DNA of 64,000 nt from Macrostomum hystrix. Taxonomy: Eukaryota; Animalia; Platyhelminthes. The position numbers were made by a program, and so were the translations under genes. Shown in pieces: positions 54,000-64,000 of this stretch. The notes beneath the pieces are model-generated. The model was not told the origin of the DNA, ran no database searches, and saw only the letters and a list, made by a program, of their open reading frames with translations. The stretch's first letter is position 1. Each line of letters opens with the position of its first letter. The stretch is from the NCBI GenBank assembly GCA_950097015.1, contig CATNEN010000001.1, forward strand, positions 20,026,001 through 20,090,000, read 5' to 3'.

Positions 54000-55362
54000 T
54001 TGTCTGTTCTGGGTGTCAGTCTGTTCTGGGTGTCAGTCTGTTCTGGGTGTCAGTCTGTTCTGGGTGTCAGTCTGTTCTGAGTGTCAGTCTGTTCTGGGTG
54101 TCAGTCTGTTCTGAGTGTCAGTCTGTTCTGGGTATCAGTCTGTTCTGGGTGTCAGTCTGTTCTGGGTGTCAGTCTGTTCTGGGTGTCAGTCTGTTCTGGG
54201 TGTCAGTCTGTTCTGGGTGTCTGTCTGTTCTGGGTGTCAGTCTGTTCTGGGTGTCAGTCTGTTCTGGGTGTCAGTCTGTTCTGGGTGTCAGTCTGTTCTG
54301 GGTGTCAGTCTGTTCTGAGTGTCAGTCTGTTCTGGGTGTCTGTCTGTTCTGGGTGTCAGTCTGTTCTGGGTGTCAGTCTGTTCTGGGTGTCAGTCTGTTC
54401 TGGGTGTCAGTCTGTTCTGGGTGTCAGTCTGTTCTGAGTGTCAGTCTGTTCTGGGTGTCTGTCTGTTCTGGGTGTCAGTCTGTTCTGGGTGTCTGTCTGT
54501 TCTGGGTGTCAGTCTGTTCTGGGTGTCAGTCTGTTCTGAGTGTCAGCCTGTTCTGGGGTGTCAGTCTGTTCTGGGTGTCAGTCTGTTCTGGGTGTCAGTC
54601 TGTTCTGGGTGTCAGTCTGTTCTGGGTGTCAGTCTGTTCTGGGGTGTCAGTCTGTTCTGGGTGTCAGTCTGTTCTGGGTGTCAGTCTGTTCTGAGTGTCA
54701 GTCTGTTCTGGGTGTCAGTCTGTTCTGGGTGTCAGTCTGTTCTGGGTGTCAGTCTGTTCTGGGTGTCAGTCTGTTCTGCGTGTCAGTCTGTTCTGGGTGT
54801 CAGTCTGTTCTGGGTGTCAGTCTGTTCTGGGTGTCAGTCTGTTCTGCGTGTCAGTCTGTTCTGGGTGTCAGTCTGTTCTGGGTGTCAGTCTGTTCTGGGT
54901 GTCAGTCTGTTCTGCGTGTCAGTCTGTTCTGGGTGTCAGTCTGTTCTGGGTGTCAGTCTGTTCTGAGTGTCAGTCTGTTCTGGGTGTCAGTCTGTTCTGG
55001 GTGTCAGTCTGTTCTGGGTGTCAGTCTGTTCTGAGTGTCAGTCTGTTCTGGGTGTCAGTCTGTTCTGGGTGTCAGTCTGTTCTGGGTGTCAGTCTGTTCT
55101 GGGTGTCAGTCTGTTCTGGGTGTCTGTCTGTTCTGGGTGTCTGTCTGTTCTGGGTGTCAGTCTGTTCTGGGTGTCAGTCTGTTCTGGGTGTCAGTCTGTT
55201 CTGGGTGTCTGTCTGTTCTGGGTGTCAGTCTGTTCTGGGTGTCAGTCTGTTTTTCAGTCAGTCAGTCAGTCAGTCAGTCAGTCAGTCAGTCAGTCAGTCA
55301 GTCAGTCAGTCAGTCAGTCAGTCAGTCAGTCAGTCAGTCAGTCAGTCAGTCAGTCAGTCAGT
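54000..55362. repeat. 17-bp minisatellite followed by (CAGT)n
   Basis: gtcagtctgttctgggt (54000-55250), then (cagt)n at 55256-55362. Confidence 0.97.
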
Positions 55363-55389
55363 TTGCACAGCAAGCCTACTCAAACTCAC

Positions 55390-55468
55390 CGGGCGGGCAC
55401 GTGACGCAGGCCGGAGGTGTGAAGACATTGCGCCGCTTTCGCCTAAGCGGCTCGTCTGATGAGGCTTT
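55390..55468 (-). CDS. MACIT collagen exon 2: furin site and Cys knot preceding COL1
   Basis: ctgcag|KASSDEPLRRKRRNVFTPPACVTCPP(G)|gtgagt; 79 nt, phase 0-1. Confidence 0.9.
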
Positions 55469-55687
55469 CTGCAGGTGGAGGAAATGAGCTGATCTGGAGC
55501 CTGGGTCACTAATTGATACATCATCAAGTAGGTGACCTTCCATTAGATGCTAGGCTGATTAAAAATGTACCGATTATCGTATCGAAAAAGTTTCTTAAAA
55601 CTAATATTTTCTAAAGTTAGAATTAGGTAAGAATAGGTATGATATTATGGACATGTGATGAGAATGGGTAAAAGATAAAAGACAGCA

Positions 55688-57520
55688 GAATCAGGAAATG
55701 AGTTGAGAATTAGTATGAGAATCAGGAAATGAGTTGAGAATTAGTATGAGAATCAGGAAATGAGTTGAGAATTAGTATGAGAATCAGGAAATGAGTTGAG
55801 AATTAGTATGAGAACCAGGAAATGAGATGAGAATTAGTATGAGAATCAGGAAATGTGTTGAGAATTAGTATGAGAATCAGGAAATGAGTTGAGAATTAGT
55901 ATGAGAATCAGGAAATGTGTTGAGAATTAGTATGAGAATCAGGAAATGAGTTGAGAATTAGTATGAGAAGCAGGAAATGAGTTGAGAATTAGTATGAGAA
56001 CCAGGAAATGAGTTGAGAATTAGTATGAGAATCAGGAAATGAGTTGAGAATTAGTATGAGAATCAGGAAATGAGTTGAGAATTAGTATGAGAATCAGGAA
56101 ATGAGTTGAGAATTAGTATGAGAATCAGGAAATGTGTTGAGAATTAGTATGAGAACCAGGAAATGAGTTGAGAATTAGTATGAGAATCAGGAAATGAGTT
56201 GAGAATTAGTATGAGAATCAGGAAATGAGTTGAGAATTAGTATGAGAATCAGGAAATGAGTTGAGAATTAGTATGAGAATCAGGAAATGAGTTGAGAATT
56301 AGTATGAGAATCAGGAAATGAGTTGAGAATTAGTATGAGAACCAGGAAATGAGTTGAGAATTAGTATGAGAATCAGGAAATGAGTTGAGAATTAGTATGA
56401 GAATCAGGAAATGAGTTGAGAATTAGTATGAGAATCAGGAAATGAGTTGAGAATTAGTATGAGAATCAGGAAATGAGTTGAGAATTAGTATGAGAATCAG
56501 GAAATGAGTTGAGAATTAGTATGAGAATCAGGAAATGAGTTGAGAATTAGCATGAGAATCAGGAAATGAGTTGAGAATTAGTATGAGAATCAGGAAATGA
56601 GTTGAGAATTAGTATGAGAATCAGGAAATGAGATGAGAATGGATGTGAGATTCAGGACATGAGATGAGAATAGGTGTGAGTTTCGGGACATGAGATGAGA
56701 ATGGATGTGAGATTCAGGAAATGAGATGAGAATGGATGTGAGATTCAGGACATGAGATGAGAATGGATGTGAGATTCAGGACATGAGATGAGAATGGATG
56801 TGAGATTCGGGACATAAGATGAGAATGGATGTGAGATTCAGGAAATGAGATGAGAATAGATGTGAGATTCAGGAAATGAGATGAGAATGGATGTGAGATT
56901 CAGGAAATGAGTTGAGAATGGATGTGAGATTCAGGACATGAGATGAGAATGGATGTGAGATTCAGGACATGAGATGAGAATGGATGTGAGATTCGGGACA
57001 TAAGATGAGAATGGATGTATGATTCAGGAAATGAGATGAGAATGGATGTGAGATTCAGGAAATGAGATGAGAATAGATGTGAGATTCAGGAAATGAGATG
57101 AGAATGGATGTGAGATTCAGGAAATGAGTTGAGAATGGAAGTGAGATTCAGGACATGAGATGAGAATGGATGTGAGATTCAGGACATGAGATGAGAATGG
57201 ATGTGAGATTCGGGACATAAGATGAGAATGGATGTATGATTCAGGAAATGAGATGAGAATGGATGTGAGATTCAGGACATAAGTTGAGAACGGATGTGAG
57301 ATTCAGGACATGAGATGAGAATGGATGTGAGATTCAGAACATAAGATGAGAATGGATGTGAGATTCAGGACATGAGATGAGAATGGATGTGAGATTCAGG
57401 ACATGAGATGAGAATAGGTGTGAGTTTCAGGACATAAGATGAGAATAGGTGTGAGATTCGGGACATGAGATGAGAATGGATGTGAGATTCAGGACATGAG
57501 ATGAGAATAGGTGTGAGTTT
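55688..57520. repeat. 31-bp minisatellite made of two sub-arrays
   Basis: gagaatcaggaaatgagttgagaattagtat (to ~56640), then gagattcaggacatgagatgagaatggatgt. Confidence 0.97.
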
Positions 57521-57531
57521 CAGGTGCTTAC

Positions 57532-57903
57532 ACCAGCACCCTGTGGCACTGCCCATTGTTCCAGTGCGAGCAGTCGTGTCTCCAGCCCCTTGAGACGTTT
57601 CTGCACTAGCTGCAGCGTCTCGCAGCAGTCGGCACAATGCTTGTCAGGTTGATTAGCGAGTCGTAGGTTGAGTACAAAGCTGGACACGAGCACACCGCAA
57701 ACTATGAGGGCCAGAAGCAGGGCGCAGCAGCAAAGCAGCAGTCGCCGGGTGCCTTGTCTGGGTTGAGGATTGGCCAGATCCTGCTTCTGGTTGTCAAATT
57801 TCTGCAGCATTTTGTTCTGATGCCCCAGAGCAATTTCACTTGAAGGAATCATCAGCCAGTTGGTGCTGCTTATATTGCTTAGCACTGCCCCGGCTTCTCT
57901 CAT
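57532..57903 (-). CDS. MACIT collagen first coding exon: cytoplasmic tail, TM helix, coiled coil
   Basis: M...RRLLLCCCALLLALIVCGVLVSSFVL (TM)...LQLVQKRLKGLETRLLALEQ (heptads)...QGAG|gtaagc; 372 nt, phase 0; in-frame stop upstream of the ATG. Confidence 0.85.
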
Positions 57904-58074
57904 TGGTCAGTTTCTCCCCGACCAATGGCAAGGCCCGCTGGCATAACGACCACGAGGGTAGTTCAAATGCTCACATTTTTCTTTATCTCTGTATCACCTA
58001 AAATATTCAACCAATCGCCTTGACAACCGGCCAATTTTTTTCCACTATAACCGATGATGAAACAACTTCATCTA

Positions 58075-58270
58075 GATGATGATGATGATGATGATGATGA
58101 TGATCATCATCATCATCATAAAAATAATCATCATCATCATCATAATAATCATCATCATAATCATCATCATCATAATAATAATAATAATAATAATAATAAT
58201 CATCATAATAATAATCATCATCATCATAATCATCATCATAATCATCACCATCATAATCATCATCATAATC

Positions 58271-58308
<38 letters not shown>

Positions 58309-58810
58309 CATCATCATAATAAAAATAAAAATCATCATCATCATCATCATCATAATCATCATCATCATCATCATAATCATCATTATCATCATCATCATAA
58401 TCATCATCATCATCATCATCATCATAATCATCATCATCATCATAATCATAATCATCATCATCATCATCATAATCATCATTATCATCATCATCATCATCAT
58501 CATCATCATAATCATAATCATCATCATCATAATCATCATCATCATTATCATCATAATCATAATAATAATAATAATAATCATCATCATAATAATAATCATA
58601 ATAATAATAATAATAATAATAATAATCATCATCATAATAAAAATCATCATCATCATCATCATCATAATCATCATCATCATCATAATCATAATAATAATAA
58701 TAATAATCATCATCATCATAATCATCATCATCATCATAATCATAATAATAATAATAATAATAATAATCATCATCATCATAATCATCATCATCATCATCAT
58801 AATCATCATT

Positions 58811-58848
<38 letters not shown>

Positions 58849-58897
58849 AATCATCATCATCATCATCATCATTATCATCATCATCATATGTCATCAT
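58075..58897. repeat. Compound trinucleotide microsatellite (GAT)n-(CAT/AAT)n
   Basis: gat run, then mixed cat/aat triplets. Confidence 0.97.
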
Positions 58898-60096
58898 AAA
58901 GGCAAAAAGTGGTCTATACAGAGCAATGTCAGCTGTCCTTGTCACCTGGATCTTCGGCAAGAATCGTTGAATATCTCGACGATGCTGAGGTCGGACGGCT
59001 TTGAAAGTTGGTTCATCGTAAAGGGCGGAAAGTGTTGATCAATATGTTAGACTGTCACGAAGTAGCCAGCGGGTATGTAGCTCTGCGGACATTCCCCATA
59101 CTGGGTGCATGCTGTTAAGAGTTTACAGAATCGAAAATAAGAGACACAGGTGAGGCAAATTCAAGGCATCGCTGGTTGCTTGTTTTGCAAGTAACGCAAT
59201 TCCATTTTAAAGGACTATGTTACTCAGAGAAGCGATAACTTTTATTAATATATATTTAAATAATGAGTGTTTCAAGACTATCAACTATGAACTTCTAAGC
59301 GGCCAGCTTGCTGTTGGAGAAGACAGAAGATGACCAGGTCGGAGGGAGGGCAGGCGAGACTGATAAGCGGGACAACAATGTTTAAAAAAGCAGGCATAAG
59401 CGCTAGGGCGGCCCTTTAATAAAAACGCACACAAAAACAAGCGGGGAAAAAGCTTTGAGGATTCAGAAGAAACGGCCCAAACTAGGGCGAACTTTTGGTC
59501 GGAACTGAAATGAAAACAAACTGCTAAGAATTTCAGCAAAAGGAAAAATTGTGTTTTTTTTGGTCAGCAAAAATAGGCAGTCAAGCGAACGGTAGTCCTA
59601 CTGCCAGTAGAGCAGCTGGCGTTGCTAAGCAACATTTTATCTAAAAAAATTGACACAAAATTCGCGGACAAAAACGCTACGATAAATAAGCCGGGGTGGT
59701 AGGGCGTGTTTTAATGATGATTTTGAACAGAAAACTAAACAGGACAGAATAAACCTGGGCGGGGCACTCAGTTTACACAAAATTTTAGCTTTTTTTGCAG
59801 AAAAAAACAACTGAATAACACCAGAAGCAGCAGCAGGGGCAACAACAACAAAACAAACAATCAACAACAAAAAACTGGATTAGCAGAGAAAAAACACTGG
59901 GACCAACTGAATAAGAACGAGCATAAATTAACAAAACACACCTGTGTTTTTAGCGACTTTTGTTGGGCTGTGGCTGTGCTTGTCGCTTTAAGAAAAAGAA
60001 GAAGATTCAGGCCGAGTTTGAGCAAGGAAGAAAGAGAGGCGACTTCACTGAGATTGAGCAAGAATGCTGAACTGTTGAACTAGCCGAAATTTAACT

Positions 60097-60360
60097 GGTG
60101 TCTAACACAATGGTCAGTGTGCCTAACAGGTTGGAAAATGTGCCTAAAATTTTGGAAAGTGTCTAACAGGTTGCACAATGTGTCTAACAGGTTGGACTAT
60201 GTGTCTAACAGGTTGGACAAAGTGTCTAACAGGCTGGACAAAGTGTCTAACAGGTTCAACAAAGTTATCTAACAGGCTGGACAAAGTGTCTAACAGATTG
60301 GACAGCGGGTCTAACAGGGGTAAAAATTACTACCAATGGGCAGGAAGTTATGTCTAACAT
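60097..60360. repeat. Degenerate ~21-bp minisatellite
   Basis: gtgtctaacaggttggacaaa variants. Confidence 0.85.
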
Positions 60361-61279
60361 ATAATACAGTAGAAGGGCATTACAGATACAGATAATCAGA
60401 TACTGAAGGTAGATAATTTAATGGAACATATATTATGTTGGCAATAGGGTTGTATTGATACCCAACTCACATATTTATGCACACAAAAAACATATTAATT
60501 ATAAAAAATATAGTAGAATGATGAGCTCGACAAATCAGTTGTACAGAGAAGCACTCAGGAAGAAAAGCAAAATGATATTATTATATAAATAAGATTATAA
60601 ATATCTCAACAAAAGTGTTATAATAATGGCATAATAAAACCCGTACATACTCACAGGAGCACACACTAAGTGTTTCTATTAAAATAATTTACAATGTCTA
60701 TCAGACGACAACAGAGCGAATGTGTAGGCGTGGCAATAATTTTTTGAAGGAGAAAACGTGACGTGACACATTAGGCAGGCTATATACTACTCACACTAGC
60801 GAGCTGACAGTAGTATCAGTGTGGAGAGGGAAGATTTTCAAATTTCTAAGCTAGATTTGAGCGGCATTTATGGACAAGAATAGAAATTGAGTGCCAGTGG
60901 GAGACAATGCTAATTAGAACCGGGGCGGTACTAGACCGGGATTCGCCAGTGAAGGATAGCGGCGGGAGGTGGGTGGCTTGCTGCTGGGGTAACAAAAACC
61001 GAAATTTGAGCACCAAAAAAGTTAATAAGAAAATCACGCGGAAGCAAATAAAAAAAGAGAAGAGATGAGGCTGAAGCGAAAGTCACGGACATTATTATTA
61101 ACAAACTAAGGAGTAGAAATATAAAATAACAAACAGGCAACACAATTCACAACAGAATGGCACGGAGATCAGCATCGGTCACTAACGGATAGGTGCAGAA
61201 CTATTCAATTACAAGGCTGAAGTTCCCACCTAAACTGAACAAGTTTGAACAAAAAATAGGAAAATAGAATTGGGCCTAG

Positions 61280-61822
61280 TTATGAATGTTGGTAGGGTTG
61301 CTGCTGCTGCTGCTGCTGCGGCTCGGGTCTGGAGTTCGGACCACCGGACTGACGGCTGCCTCGATTGTTGGAGAATGGTGGCCTTGAACCGCCTCTGCCG
61401 CCGCCGCGTGGGGGACCCATGCCAGCAGGTATAGGCTGCTGCTGCTGCAGCTGCTGCGGCAGCTGGTAGCTCCGGGATACGCCGACAGTTGCAGCACCGC
61501 CTCTAGGCTGCCTGCTGCCAGAAACGATTGCCGCCTGCTGCGGTTGCATCATTGGGCCAAGGTGATGAGGCTGTGGAGGATAAGGCTGATGATAGGGAGC
61601 TACTGGCATGTGCTGCTGCTGCTGTTGCTGATGATGCGGTGGATAGTACATCTGCTGTGGCTGGTGGTCCATTGTGACAGACCAAGAGCCGGCGGTGGCA
61701 GCGGCAGCCGGGTGGGCCGTGTGATCGACTCCGGCCGCGGGAACTCCGTACTGATGGTGCTGGTCAGCGCTGGGGCCGTAGCCACCCCCGCCGCTAGCAG
61801 CCCAGGGCACGCCAGGCATGCC
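61280..61822 (-). CDS. SYNCRIP: hnRNP Q/R (SYNCRIP-like) terminal exon: Q/P/Y/G-rich low-complexity tail with RGG
   Basis: tttttcag|GMPGVPW...PPRGGGRGG...QQQQPYQHS*; phase 0 matches the upstream exon. Confidence 0.8.
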   Translation of the reverse strand, partial: GMPGVPWAASGGGGYGPSADQHHQYGVPAAGVDHTAHPAAAATAGSWSVTMDHQPQQMYYPPHHQQQQQQHMPVAPYHQPYPPQPHHLGPMMQPQQAAIVSGSRQPRGGAATVGVSRSYQLPQQLQQQQPIPAGMGPPRGGGRGGSRPPFSNNRGSRQSGGPNSRPEPQQQQQQQPYQHS

Positions 61823-61859
61823 CTGAAAAAGTTGAGAGCCGGTCTAGAACTTTAGAGAT

Positions 61860-62898
61860 ATATCTACAGACACTACAATCACAGATCACAGATCTACAGA
61901 CACTAAAATCTAGATCACAGATCTACAAACACTAAGATCTAGATCACAGATCTACAGACACTAAAATCTAGATCACAGATCTACAGACACTAAAATCTAG
62001 ATCACAGATCTACGGACACTAAAATCTAGATCACAGATCTACAGACACTAAAATCTAGATCACAGATCTACAGACACTAAAATCTAGATCATAGATCTAC
62101 CGACACTAAAGTCTAGATCATAGATCTACCGACACTAAAATATAGATCATAGATCTACCGACACTAATATGTAGATCATAGATCTACCGACACTAAAATC
62201 TAGATCATAGATCTACAGACACTAAAGTCTAGATCATAGATCTACCGACACTAAAATCTAGATCATAGATCTACCGACACTAAAATATAGATCATAGATC
62301 TACCGACACTAAAATCTAGATCACAGATCTACAGACACTAAAGTCTAGATCATAGATCTACAGTCACTAAAATCTAGATCATAGATCTATAGTCACTAAA
62401 ATCTAGATCACAGATCTACAGACACTAAAGTCTAGATCATAGATCTACAGTCACTAAAATCTAGATCATAGATCTACAGTCACTAAAATCTAGATCACAG
62501 ATCTACAGACACTAAAATCTAGATCACAGATCTACAGACACTAAAGTCTAGATTATAGATCTACAGTCACTAAAATCTAGATCACAGATCTACAGACACT
62601 AAAGTCTAGATCATAGATATACAGTCACTAAAATCTAGATCATAGATCTACAGTCCCTAAAATCTAGATCATAGATCTATAGTCACTAAAATCTAGATCA
62701 TAGATCTACAGTCACTAAAATCTAGATCATAGATCTATAGTCACTAAAATCTAGATCACAGATCTACAGACACTAAAGTCTAGATCATAGATCTACAGTC
62801 ACTAAAATCTAGATCATAGATCTACAGTCACTAAAATCTAGATCACAGATCTACAGACACTAAAATCTAGATCATATAAGATCCTCAGACACTAAAGT
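61860..62898. repeat. 29-bp intronic minisatellite
   Basis: agatctacagacactaaaatctagatca(c/t); fills essentially the whole intron. Confidence 0.97.
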
Positions 62899-62903
62899 CT
62901 CAC

Positions 62904-63224
62904 CGGATAAGCGGCATGTTGCTGAGGGTGGTAGTAGCCAGTCTGGTAGGGAGCGGGCTGGTGGTGCTGCGGAAGGTAGGCAGCGGATATTGGGCCGGAC
63001 ATGACTGGCATGGCTGTTGACCGCATTCTTCGCTCCTCCTTTCGCTGCTTGGCCCTCTCGGAGACCGGCTTGGCTAGGGTGACGCTGAGTGGGCCGCTCT
63101 TGCCAACACTGGTGCCGTTCAGCTTCTCCATGGCTCTGAGAGCGTCTTCGCGCTCTTCGAAGTGCACAAAGCCGTAGTCTTTCACCTTCTTGACGCGCTC
63201 CAGTGGGCCGTAGGCGGAGAACAC
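62904..63224 (-). CDS. SYNCRIP: hnRNP Q/R (SYNCRIP-like) exon with RRM3; gene continues beyond the window
   Basis: cag|[37 protein letters not shown]...VTLAKP...KQRKEERR (cf. FGKLERVKKLKDYAFIHFDERDGAVKAM...FAKPP..RKERK)...YP|gtgag; 321 nt. Confidence 0.9.
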
Positions 63225-63276
63225 CTGACAGTGATTATTAATTTGATAACCTGATTAAAAGGGCATTCTGGATTTC

Positions 63277-64000
63277 TATATAGATTTGGGGATTCTTATC
63301 CACACAGTGGCAGAGCTTCTGTTTATAGATTTGGGGATTCTTATCCACAGTGGCAGAGCTTCTATTATATTTATAGATTTGCGGAATCTTATCTTCACAG
63401 TGGCAGAGTTTCTATTTATAGATTTGGGGATTCTTATTCTCACAGTGGCAGAGCTTCTATTTATAGATTTGGGGATTCTTATCCACACAGTGGCAGAGCT
63501 TCTGTTTATAGATTTGGGGATTCTTATCCACAGTGGCAGAGCTTCTATTATATTTATAGATTTGCGGAATCTTATCTTCACAGTGGCAGAGTTTCTATTT
63601 ATAGATTTGGGGATTCTTATTCTCACAGTGGCAGAGCTTCTATTTATAGATTTGGGGATTCTTATCCACACAGTGGCAGAGCTTCTGTTTATAGATTTGG
63701 GGATTCTTATCCACACAGTGGCAGAGCTTCTATTTATAGATTTGGGGATTCTTATCCACACAGTGGCAGAGCTTCTGTTTATAGATTTGGGGATTCTTAT
63801 CCACAGTGGCAGAGCTTCTATTATATTTATAGATTTGCGGAATCTTATCTTCACAGTGGCAGAGTTTCTATTTATAGATTTGGGGATTCTTATTCTCACA
63901 GTGGCAGAGCTTCTATTTATAGATTTGGGGATTCTTATCCACACAGTGGCAGAGCTTCTGTTTATAGATTTGGGGATTCTTATCCACAGTGGCAGAGCTT
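63277..64000. repeat. ~45-bp intronic minisatellite with higher-order variants
   Basis: tatagatttggggattcttatccacacagtggcagagcttct(a/g)tt. Confidence 0.96.

Noticed and set aside
54047-55487. Cys/Ser/Val-rich repetitive ORFs
   Set aside because: Translations of the 17-bp minisatellite.
58007-59038. Poly-Asp/Tyr, poly-His/Asn and poly-Ile/Met ORFs
   Set aside because: Trinucleotide microsatellite open in several frames on both strands.

Overview
Eukaryotic (animal) genomic DNA. Its short GC-rich exons, introns filled with minisatellites and GT-AG splicing resemble a free-living flatworm such as Macrostomum (inference). 1-13 kb is a mobile-element graveyard: an intact, intronless, strongly diverged TBP-like ORF converging on a 5'-truncated Polinton/Maverick-type protein-primed DNA polymerase B; a 28-bp-arm hairpin; a Myb/SANT-like domain remnant; EnSpm/CACTA-like (DUF4806 plus transposase N-terminus) and PHD remnants; and a LINE ORF1 (DUF4780-like) fragment between blocks of a 30-bp satellite. 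Host genes follow: an intronless kindlin/fermitin (14136-16484, +); a spliced endophilin-B BAR gene with no visible SH3 exon (23096-25132, +); a ~29-kb transmembrane MACIT collagen (type XIII/XXIII/XXV-like, 57903-28533, -) reconstructed by hand from 16 exons; and the last two coding exons of hnRNP Q/R (SYNCRIP-like, -). A Penelope-like retroelement remnant sits in (GATA)n at 17.1-18.3 kb and carries two covarying minimal hammerhead ribozymes and an apparently permuted domain order. About 20 different tandem arrays are present, many sharing a GTGTCT(A/C)A core. Most long ORFs in the supplied track are repeat artefacts. All assignments come from motif recognition by eye; no database searches were run.
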